Virus record (IMG/VR): IMGVR_UViG_3300005977_000012 | Span: 1-9,942 of that record | Length of the DNA stretch: 9,942 bases | Strand: one strand, 5' to 3' | Translations under genes and position numbers: made by a program | Shown: piece after piece, positions 1 through 6,244 of the stretch | How positions within the stretch are numbered: the first letter of the stretch is position 1 | Layout: every line of letters starts with the position of its first letter | The notes under the pieces: generated by a model | What the model was told of the DNA's origin: nothing | Seen by the model: only the letters and a program-made list of their open reading frames with translations | The model's database searches: none

Positions 1-1
1 C

Positions 2-475
2 GGCACGCTTTTCGATACTTCTGCCAGGTGGAACGAATGCGAGAAGCTAGCCAACGGAAACAAACGTATGTTTTGGGAATGCTATCAATCACCGAGGTTC
101 ATGAACCTGGATAAGCCTAAGTGGGACGTTATCACGTTTGTGCAACAGTTGATTGAAGAGAAAAAGCCAGAAGTGATAGCAGTAGTCAGTGGGCGTTCGG
201 AAAAACAGCGTGAAGACACTCTCAAACAGCTGTCTGCGATAGGGATAGAGCCAAACGAGGTCGTGCTGAGGGCTGAGAAGGACTTCAGGAAAGACCATGA
301 GTTTAAGAGCGATGTGGTAAGGAAGCTCAGGGAAAAATATGGAGAGGGTAAGGTAATAGCGATAGATGATAGTGACGCGGTGCTACAATATTTGGGAAAA
401 GAAGGGGAGATAGAAGTAATAGATGCGAAAAAGATAGAAAAAAAAGAGAGAAAGGAGAATACGAATACCCTGTGA
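2..475 (+). CDS. HAD-superfamily phosphatase (PNKP/PseT 3'-phosphatase-like), 5'-truncated by window edge
   Basis: The frame is open upstream of the called ATG at 68, from position 2: GTLFDTSARWNECEKLANGNKRMFWEC... GTLFD is the tail of HAD motif I (DxDGTL). Motif II is VVSGR, the motif III Lys lies in KDHEFK, and motif IV is AIDDS. Confidence 0.8.
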   Translation, partial: GTLFDTSARWNECEKLANGNKRMFWECYQSPRFMNLDKPKWDVITFVQQLIEEKKPEVIAVVSGRSEKQREDTLKQLSAIGIEPNEVVLRAEKDFRKDHEFKSDVVRKLREKYGEGKVIAIDDSDAVLQYLGKEGEIEVIDAKKIEKKERKENTNTL

Positions 476-500
476 TAAGGAGAGGAAGAGAGGAAAAAAA
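476..500 (-). terminator. Pyrimidine/oligo-T terminator of ORF 501-1232 (convergent gene junction)
   Basis: The minus strand reads TTTTTTTCCTCTCTTCCTCTCC directly after the stop codon. Confidence 0.55.
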
Positions 501-1232
501 TTATGAAGAGGAAGAAGAGAGGTCTGATTTGATCTGGAGCAGAAGAAATGGGGAAAGGTGACACGGGTTTTTGTTATATGCCAAAACGTAATGAACACAA
601 ATCGGCGAGATGTTATATTGTAGTGCTATTTTCTCTATCATTTTTCTGTCAACTGCTGTATTGTTAGTACTTTTGCTCCAGAGATTGTACTTCCACCAAT
701 CACTGTCATCACAACTATTATCTTTATCGCCGAGCATCTTGTTAAAATGACATACTATTTTTTGCAAATCACTGCTTACTGGCATAGGTTCTTCTTTAAT
801 GTTGTAATACTTTATGACATACTTGTTTGAACTGTTTGCTAGTTGTAAAAGTGTGTATAAAAGTGCGTGAACATGTGGTGGGGCATTGTAGTATGACTCG
901 TGTAGAAATAACGTGAAGAAGAAGTATGGTATTTTCAGATTAACAAGAGAATTAACAAACTTCTCGATGCTTATTAGCGAAATCAGTGGGAATTTTTTGC
1001 TGTATGGATCTGCGATTTCAGCTTGAGGCAGTTCTTTTTTTAACCTGTCAAATTTACTCGGTTTTGTTAAAATAAATAATGGTGTCAGTATTTCATTCCC
1101 TTCAAAATTGATCGTTGTGGTCATCTGGATTTCGTAAAAGTTGGAGTAAAATGCTAACTCCGCAGGATTTATGTAACCTTGGGAAAGCAACCACTTGAAT
1201 TTTTTTACCTCTGGTTGAAACTGTTCGCTCAT
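501..1232 (-). CDS. Hypothetical protein, 243 aa; C-terminal half weakly resembles AGOG/HhH glycosylase fold
   Basis: Long ORF with a GAGGTGA RBS (1239-1245) overlapping the upstream gene's TGA. PMPVSSDLQKI and EKIALQYNISPICVHYVL resemble recalled AGOG motifs IPIPVDxRI and KIAxxxGIPPLHIDxxLW. The function call is low confidence. Confidence 0.8.
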   Translation of the reverse strand: MSEQFQPEVKKFKWLLSQGYINPAELAFYSNFYEIQMTTTINFEGNEILTPLFILTKPSKFDRLKKELPQAEIADPYSKKFPLISLISIEKFVNSLVNLKIPYFFFTLFLHESYYNAPPHVHALLYTLLQLANSSNKYVIKYYNIKEEPMPVSSDLQKIVCHFNKMLGDKDNSCDDSDWWKYNLWSKSTNNTAVDRKMIEKIALQYNISPICVHYVLAYNKNPCHLSPFLLLQIKSDLSSSSS

Positions 1233-1243
1233 TTTTGGTCACC

Positions 1244-1849
1244 TCAGAACACATAGAACTTTCTCTGCATCGATGAATAGTGCCAAAGCCTTCCGAATCC
1301 TGCCAACTGCGATAGCTGTACTACAAGCTCGTACGGTAGCCCAGAAATATAGACTCCTCCTTGTTTTAGTAACAATTTAATTTTCTCGAATTCGTTCAAT
1401 TCTATAGTAATCACTTCTGTATCGTTGTATTTTTTACTTAATAATTCTAAAGCATACTTTGCTAGAAACAGTGGCGATTTCTCATCGGCACTAAGTACTT
1501 CTTTCGTCGTTATAAAGTACTTTAGTGATATCGTATGGCGTAAAACTAAAATTGCCCCTATAATTCCGCCTGTCCCGCTAACTGCTACAGAGGCAGGGGA
1601 GGAGATTCTGGCATCTGTAACTAATTGATTGTAAACGAACTCTACTGGCACCTGTGGTGCTTGCTCGGCACTGTTTATTGCAAAATCGACGTGTTGCCTT
1701 TCGATCCTAGGAGACTTTAGGATGGTCTCCCAGGTTATTTGCTGGGTTGTTTGCGTAGAATTAGGATTTGTTTGATTTGTAGAATTAGGATTATTAGGAT
1801 TTGTTTTAACTTGTGATTGGGGGTTTGATTTAACTTGTGGAGAGGACAT
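1244..1849 (-). CDS. Hypothetical protein, 201 aa, N/P/Q/T-rich disordered N-terminus
   Basis: ORF 31 nt downstream of TATA CTTAAATA (1881-1888). The N-terminus is built from 24-nt-period repeats (1755-1768/1779-1792; 1805-1815/1829-1839). Confidence 0.85.
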   Translation of the reverse strand: MSSPQVKSNPQSQVKTNPNNPNSTNQTNPNSTQTTQQITWETILKSPRIERQHVDFAINSAEQAPQVPVEFVYNQLVTDARISSPASVAVSGTGGIIGAILVLRHTISLKYFITTKEVLSADEKSPLFLAKYALELLSKKYNDTEVITIELNEFEKIKLLLKQGGVYISGLPYELVVQLSQLAGFGRLWHYSSMQRKFYVF

Positions 1850-1880
1850 ATTTGATCAATCGTATTTTTGCCAAACCAGA

Positions 1881-1909
1881 TATTTAAGTTTTCTGCACAA
1901 CCAGTTAGG
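1881..1909 (-). promoter_or_regulatory. Palindrome-BRE-TATA promoter module, copy 1
   Basis: Minus strand CCTAAC TG GTTGTG CAGAAAA CTTAAATA; aligns gap-free with copies 2-5. Confidence 0.8.
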
Positions 1910-1957
1910 AGGAAAAGAGGTTGAGGCGAGTGAGGAGGAGGGAAGAAAGAAGATATC

Positions 1958-1999
1958 AAACAGATGTTTATGAGAAGAAATAAATAAAAAACGGGTTAG
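1958..1999 (-). terminator. Conserved cassette 3' module A (oligo-T terminator + AAACAGnTGTTT palindrome)
   Basis: Plus strand AAACAGATGTTT-14 nt purine-rich-ATAAAAAACGGGTTAG, 9 nt past the stop of ORF 2009-2542. Near-identical to 3011-3052. Confidence 0.75.
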
Positions 2000-2008
2000 T
2001 TTCAGATT

Positions 2009-2542
2009 TCAGAGTACCTTATCATAATACTCCCATTCCCTTCTTTTCCTCTCCTCCAAATACTCTTCCAAATATCTGTCGATACATTGTATGATATCGA
2101 TATCGTTGATCCTCGAGTCATTTGAATCATCAACATACGCCATGTTACCAGGCTTCGGCATGATCTCTATAAACTTTTTCAGTATTGTGTGTGCCTTCGG
2201 ATCGCTTAGTATATCCCATAGTTCATTGTAATAGTGCATCCCATACTCTAAGATAACAGTTTCTTTAATGCCGTCAGTGTCCACATTGACTTCTTTTATC
2301 GTTATTATTGCTGAATTTAGTGGTGCAAACACCCATAAGCTAAACTTAAAGTACTTACCATGTAAAAGTTGGTAGATTAATCTGTTGTTCTGTTTGTCTA
2401 CCTTTGCAGGTCTTAAAAACTTGCCCCTTGCAAAGAGTAGTTCATGTTTAATGCTTTCTGTTATATGACCGTCTGTTCTATGCCTACTTGTTGCACTATA
2501 ATGCCTACTTGTTACACTATACTCTATTTCTTGCCTTGCCAT
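2009..2542 (-). CDS. Hypothetical protein, ~177 aa; possible distant AcrIIIB1 (SIRV2 gp48)-like family member
   Basis: ATG at 2542 is preferred over TTG at 2554, which lies only 20 nt from the TATA box, at or before the expected TSS. The pattern FLRP...YxLLxGKYxKFSLW...DPxAxxILKxFI resembles, from memory, Sulfolobales virus proteins of that family; unverified. Confidence 0.8.
   Translation of the reverse strand: MARQEIEYSVTSRHYSATSRHRTDGHITESIKHELLFARGKFLRPAKVDKQNNRLIYQLLHGKYFKFSLWVFAPLNSAIITIKEVNVDTDGIKETVILEYGMHYYNELWDILSDPKAHTILKKFIEIMPKPGNMAYVDDSNDSRINDIDIIQCIDRYLEEYLEERKRREWEYYDKVL
2480..2521. repeat. 21-bp in-frame tandem duplication (YSVTSRH/YSATSRH)
   Basis: ATGCCTACTTGTTGCACTATA (2480-2500) and ATGCCTACTTGTTACACTATA (2501-2521); 1 mismatch. 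Confidence 0.95.
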
Positions 2543-2574
2543 TCTTTTCCCCAATATACTTTCGATAACGAAAA

Positions 2575-2610
2575 TATATAAATTTTCTGCCTAACCTATT
2601 AGGCAGAAAA
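2575..2610 (-). promoter_or_regulatory. Promoter module copy 2 with a perfect 28-bp inverted repeat
   Basis: TTTTCTGCCTAA-CCTA-TTAGGCAGAAAA (2583-2610) abuts TATA box TTTATATA (2575-2582, minus strand). Confidence 0.85.
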
Positions 2611-2686
2611 GGATAGAATAAACACCGTATACCATCCTTCAAGACGCGGAGCAGATCGAGGGCTTGGTACGGCGAAAACAACTCTA

Positions 2687-2727
2687 AAATAGCTGTTTGA
2701 AAAAAGAAAGGATAAAAAACGGGTCGG
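2687..2727 (-). terminator. Conserved cassette 3' module B
   Basis: Plus strand AAATAGCTGTTT-13 nt purine-rich-ATAAAAAACGGGTCGG, 8 nt past the stop of ORF 2736-2921. Confidence 0.7.
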
Positions 2728-2735
2728 CTTTTAGG

Positions 2736-2921
2736 TTACGATGTAAGCGAATATAACTTATATAACTCCATCTGGATTTTTTGCACAGCAAAATAAGCTT
2801 CACCTAGCTTATTTTTGTCCAGATTATCCTTCTTAATCTCATCAACAAATTGTTGCAACTCACTGAGATCATTTTTTAGCATTTCTATGATTTTGTCCAC
2901 CATTATTTCATCCGGGTTCAT
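2736..2921 (-). CDS. Small helical hypothetical protein, 61 aa, probably leaderless
   Basis: ATG lies 25 nt downstream of TATA TTTAAATA (2947-2954). The ORF is bracketed by the promoter and terminator modules and has an amphipathic helical pattern. Confidence 0.8.
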   Translation of the reverse strand: MNPDEIMVDKIIEMLKNDLSELQQFVDEIKKDNLDKNKLGEAYFAVQKIQMELYKLYSLTS

Positions 2922-2931
2922 TGCACTTAAT

Positions 2932-2994
2932 TATTGTTAAGGCTGGTATTTAAATCTTCTGCCCAACTAGTTAGACGGGAAATGACGAGCTGGA
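2932..2994 (-). promoter_or_regulatory. Promoter module copy 3; 63-bp direct repeat of 3282-3344
   Basis: 61/63 identical to 3282-3344 (offset 350 bp). Core on the minus strand is TCTAAC TA GTTGGG CAGAAGA TTTAAATA (2947-2975). Confidence 0.9.
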
Positions 2995-3010
2995 TACGCC
3001 TAAAACTCGA

Positions 3011-3052
3011 AAACAGCTGTTTGCGAGAAGAAGCGAATAAAAAACGGGTTAG
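3011..3052 (-). terminator. Conserved cassette 3' module C
   Basis: Plus strand AAACAGCTGTTT-GCGAGAAGAAGCGA-ATAAAAAACGGGTTAG, 6 nt past the stop of the 3059-3259 ORF. Confidence 0.75.
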
Positions 3053-3058
3053 ATTAGC

Positions 3059-3259
3059 TCACATCGAAACACTGTCCTCGTCGTAACCATAGTCGAAATC
3101 TGCGTCGTCAAATCTATACACAACATTAGTGCAGTCCTCCTCGTCGTAATTGTCTAGACAAAGCTCTTCATACAGCATTTCTAGCATTTCATCTTTTTCA
3201 TCTTTTTTCGTCCACTTCTTCTTTTTGGGAGTGAGAGTCTTTTTGGGAGTGAGAGCCGT
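3059..3259 (-). CDS. Unannotated 66-aa basic-N/acidic-C protein with ACG at the start position (non-canonical start or start-lost pseudogene)
   Basis: Minus strand GAGGTG-TTCTAG-ACG, then an open frame (M)ALTPKKTLTPKKKKWTKKDEKDEMLEMLYEELCLDNYDEEDCTNVVYRFDDADFDYGYDEDSVSM*. It fills the slot between promoter copy 4 and terminator C. Confidence 0.7.
   Translation of the reverse strand, partial: TALTPKKTLTPKKKKWTKKDEKDEMLEMLYEELCLDNYDEEDCTNVVYRFDDADFDYGYDEDSVSM
3220..3255. repeat. 18-bp perfect in-frame tandem duplication
   Basis: TCTTTTTGGGAGTGAGAG at 3220-3237 and 3238-3255 (LTPKK repeated). Confidence 0.95.
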
Positions 3260-3281
3260 CTAGAACACCTCAATTATCAAC

Positions 3282-3344
3282 TATTGTTAAGGCTGGTATT
3301 TAAATCTTCTGCCCAACTAGTTAGATGGGAAATCACGAGCTGGA
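3282..3344 (-). promoter_or_regulatory. Promoter module copy 4; direct repeat of 2932-2994
   Basis: Core 3297-3325 is identical to 2947-2975; AACAGCTGTT lies at 3344-3353. Confidence 0.9.
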
Positions 3345-3392
3345 ACAGCTGTTGTCTAAGAGCTTAAAAACAAGTTTCCCCTAGATTAAAGT

Positions 3393-4346
3393 ATGGCTAT
3401 GGATTTTCGTCAGGAAGAAGGCAATAAAAACATCGTCAACGACTCATTTGAATTCTTCGTCGATCTCGTCAGGACGAGTCCAAAACGCACTAAGGCTGAG
3501 AAAACATCACTTAAGGTTACTGAATTAGCTAAAAACGGTTTTGTCGTAACAGCAAAAATTAGAACTTTGACTGCTTCGGGTTTTCCAGAGGTATTTGATA
3601 AGCTTGCGGAAAAGGCTGACGAGTTTGCTAATTCAGTATCGGAATTTACTGGGGCTGAGCTAATTGATGATAAAAATTACAGGGTCAGGGAAGCCTCAAT
3701 ACTCTCCTTTTTAATATTAACAGACGCTATGAAGTCCTTAAAAATACTTGAGAAGCTGGACAACCTAATAAATAAATTAACTCTGCGTGAATACCTTTAC
3801 CTCTACAACTCCAAACTCCCCTTGCTGAACGCGGAAATAGGAGATATCCTAAGGTTTGCGAAGGAGGTGTGCGGTGACGCCTGCAATAATTTATCTGTTG
3901 AAAATCTCCGCAACGGGCTTGTCCCTCTTCTGCTAATGGGTCTAAGCAGTGAGATCAGTCTGGACGAGGAAGGGAAGAAGAAGAGGTATATGACTACGGG
4001 GTTAGGATTATACATTCTTAATTTCTTAAAATCTCATAACACGTATACCCTGGATAAGGCAAGTTATAAAGAATTAATACGCAACCTGAATAATATATTC
4101 GATTTGCATAAATTTATCGTCAAAAATATATCGGATCTTATAAACGAATCCCCGATGTCTATCTATTCGAGATACTACGGAGACAAGAGCTATTCTCCAG
4201 GCTTATTAGAATTAGACATGGCAAATTTTATGCTAAGTATCGCTTATCAGTACGACGAAATGTCAAGTAAAATATCGCCGAGATACTTAGCTGACTTTCC
4301 GAGGTTGAACCTAAATTATATATTAAATAGGATTATCTTGGCTTAG
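3393..4346 (+). CDS. Hypothetical protein, 317 aa, with a probable internal winged helix-turn-helix
   Basis: Long ORF divergent from the cassette array, with TATA-like CTTAAAAA at 3364-3371 (leaderless). The segment LSVENLRNGLVPLLLMGLSSE...GKKKRYMTTGLG fits the wHTH recognition helix + wing pattern (LxxLxxxGL...Yx[LT]TxxG). Confidence 0.8.
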   Translation: MAMDFRQEEGNKNIVNDSFEFFVDLVRTSPKRTKAEKTSLKVTELAKNGFVVTAKIRTLTASGFPEVFDKLAEKADEFANSVSEFTGAELIDDKNYRVREASILSFLILTDAMKSLKILEKLDNLINKLTLREYLYLYNSKLPLLNAEIGDILRFAKEVCGDACNNLSVENLRNGLVPLLLMGLSSEISLDEEGKKKRYMTTGLGLYILNFLKSHNTYTLDKASYKELIRNLNNIFDLHKFIVKNISDLINESPMSIYSRYYGDKSYSPGLLELDMANFMLSIAYQYDEMSSKISPRYLADFPRLNLNYILNRIILA

Positions 4347-4353
4347 ACTTTCT

Positions 4354-4376
4354 AAAAAGAGAAAGAGAAAAAAGAA
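4354..4376 (-). terminator. T-rich terminator at convergent junction
   Basis: The minus strand reads TTCTTTTTTCTCTTTCTCTTTTT right after the stop of ORF 4377-4583. Confidence 0.55.
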
Positions 4377-4583
4377 TTATTGACTTTGTGGTTGGTTTTT
4401 GGTGTTGTTTTGTTTAGGCTTGGGTTTGAAAACGATTACCTTATTTTGTGTGTCTAAGAATGGGTCATAATCATCGACTAAAAACACAGCTGATTTCCCC
4501 GGCACAGATATATAATAGAGGGGGTATACCTTACCGTTTTTTTTCGTTGATTTTATCCTCCATCTGAGCTTTATTTCGACCAT
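4377..4583 (-). CDS. Small basic AbrB/SpoVT-like (swapped-hairpin) DNA-binding protein, 68 aa
   Basis: The called GTG at 4595 is part of the GGTGA RBS, so ATG 4583 is preferred. KKNGKVYPLYYISVP...NKVIVFKP matches an AbrB-like beta-hairpin pattern. Confidence 0.6.
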   Translation of the reverse strand: MVEIKLRWRIKSTKKNGKVYPLYYISVPGKSAVFLVDDYDPFLDTQNKVIVFKPKPKQNNTKNQPQSQ

Positions 4584-4641
4584 CTGTGTTTTCACCTATT
4601 ATATAATTATGAGTTATAGCCTTAAAAAGTGGTCGAGATAG

Positions 4642-5370
4642 TTAGGCAGAAAGCTTACGCAAGATTTCGACGGCGTCTTTTGTCTGAGTGTATCGTACAA
4701 TATATCTGTAATCTTGATGACCCGTTATCTTCGCAATAAGTGCGGGGTCTGTGGCATTTTTTACAAGGAAGGAGATCGGTGCGTATCGTAACGAATGTGT
4801 ATTAATCTTCAGGTACTTCCGTGCAAACATTCTTAGCCTCGCTTTTAGTTTATCATCAGCGATTGTGAGTATCGATTTGTACGCTGATCTGTTTCTGATA
4901 ACCTCAGGAATAATGAAGACCCTTGTATTACCGTGCTTTTCTGCTTGAAGCCAGAACTCCCTTTGTCCTGACTCAACAAACGTCTTAAAAGCCCTTATCG
5001 CCTCGCCTATTCTAGCTCCGTTTAACAGCTGTATGAGGAGGATAGCGACGTACGCCTCCTGGGGCATCAAGTTGATATCAAACAGCTGTTTGTACGCAGA
5101 CGTGAGTACTTTCTTTGCTTCGAGGAAATCCACGGAGTAGTCCCAACTGTGTTCTATCTTCTTCTTGCCGAGCGGTCTCAGGATCTTCTTAAGTAACTCA
5201 CTCTCCTCTCTCTTTCCTTTCTTCTTCTCCTCCTTCAGCCCCAGCTTCACTGCGATAAGGTCGACGATATCCTTCCATCCCTTCTCCCTAGCTTCTTTAA
5301 GATACTCCAGAAGTTTAGGAGAGTTGTCTGGAAGGTTCTGAATTATTTGTTTAAGTTCGTCCTTGTCCAT
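4642..5370 (-). CDS. int: Tyrosine recombinase/integrase, short form (~242 aa)
   Basis: Catalytic set R (NGARIGE), K (AEKHG), HxxR (THSLRY), H (TGH) and Y (VRYTQ). ATG 5370 follows the methyltransferase stop (alternative GTG 5379). Confidence 0.92.
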   Translation of the reverse strand: MDKDELKQIIQNLPDNSPKLLEYLKEAREKGWKDIVDLIAVKLGLKEEKKKGKREESELLKKILRPLGKKKIEHSWDYSVDFLEAKKVLTSAYKQLFDINLMPQEAYVAILLIQLLNGARIGEAIRAFKTFVESGQREFWLQAEKHGNTRVFIIPEVIRNRSAYKSILTIADDKLKARLRMFARKYLKINTHSLRYAPISFLVKNATDPALIAKITGHQDYRYIVRYTQTKDAVEILRKLSA

Positions 5371-5375
5371 TTTTC

Positions 5376-5999
5376 TCACATCCCTTTAGAACTATACTTG
5401 TCAATCACGTTATCATGTTCTAAATTGAATACACAAACGTCAATGTTAGTATTAATTTTGTCTTTCTCCTTTACGTTGCAAAACGTTATCCATACAACTT
5501 TTTCTGAAACCTTATTGAGCATATTCAGGATTTCATCATGTTTGTCCAGTCCCGAATAAACCCCTACATCATACTTGCCCAGGTACTGCAGGTCATCTTC
5601 TGTTACATACTTGATGACGTAGTTGAGGCTAAGCCCCTTTTCCACCACCTCTGGGAAAATGTAGTTACTGTAAATTACAGCATAAGGAGCCCAGCCTTCG
5701 AAAGTATCTACATGTTTAGCATAATGCGACAATACATAAGCTAAATACCCGTTACCTCCTCCTATTTCAATTACCTTCTTGCCCTTGACGATATCCACGA
5801 GTTTTTCAAGTTCCTTAATTTTACTCACGTCGTCGTAATCCCAAACCAACGGCACTTTCCAGCCTAAGTCCTCGTCTACTCTTGCGTATTTGATCGACAT
5901 CCTCATTGACTGTTTCTCGGCGTGACTGTCAATAGTGTAAATGATATTCTTAGGGATTATTTTAGGGCGTATTTCACCAATTTCCTTAAGTTCAATCAT
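5376..5999 (-). CDS. Class I SAM-dependent methyltransferase, substrate unknown
   Basis: Motif I VIEIGGGNGYLA, acidic residue after beta2 (VDTFE), KYDVGVY strand; GGTGAGG RBS. Confidence 0.85.
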   Translation of the reverse strand: MIELKEIGEIRPKIIPKNIIYTIDSHAEKQSMRMSIKYARVDEDLGWKVPLVWDYDDVSKIKELEKLVDIVKGKKVIEIGGGNGYLAYVLSHYAKHVDTFEGWAPYAVIYSNYIFPEVVEKGLSLNYVIKYVTEDDLQYLGKYDVGVYSGLDKHDEILNMLNKVSEKVVWITFCNVKEKDKINTNIDVCVFNLEHDNVIDKYSSKGM

Positions 6000-6010
6000 T
6001 TTTCCTCACC

Positions 6011-6244
6011 TTACTCCTCTTCATAGAGATCCATGTCCTCTTCCAGCTCCTCTTCCTCTTCTTGGCAGAGGATTTCGCATAAATCCCCGCATACCTCCCA
6101 TGTACAGTCCTCACAACTCGTTGCTCTACTGCAGATCTCATCTACTTCGTCCTCTATCTTTTCTATCTCTTCCTCATCTTCTTCTTCATAGAGATCCATT
6201 TCGTTTTCTTCCTCATCTTCTTCCCAATCTTCTTCCACTTTCAT
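6011..6244 (-). CDS. Extremely acidic small protein with a 6-Cys core
   Basis: 41 D/E in the 78-aa called ORF. Core CSRATSCEDCTWEVCGDLCEILC; MDLYEEE occurs twice. GAGGTG RBS; the start is ATG 6244 or GTG 6238. Confidence 0.85.
   Translation of the reverse strand: MKVEEDWEEDEEENEMDLYEEEDEEEIEKIEDEVDEICSRATSCEDCTWEVCGDLCEILCQEEEEELEEDMDLYEEE

Noticed and set aside
2961-3054. Canonical integron attC site (ATCTAAC ... GTTGGGC, ~94 bp on the minus strand)
   Set aside because: R''/R' cores match, but I find no complementary L''/L' boxes or full-length hairpin. The recombinase also has no room for the IntI-specific insertion. Kept only as an analogy.
1881-3353. CRISPR array or mini-array
   Set aside because: Repeats are separated by 200-600 bp containing genes, not 30-45-bp spacers, and have promoter/terminator structure.
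4596-4660. tRNA-derived attP/attL next to the integrase
   Set aside because: No tRNA-like sequence (T-loop GTTCRA, acceptor stem) was recognised here or elsewhere in the window.
5376-5999. DNA methyltransferase of an R-M system targeting CAGCTG
   Set aside because: It lacks amino-MTase (N/D/S)PP(Y/F) and C5-MTase PC motifs, and no nuclease partner is evident.
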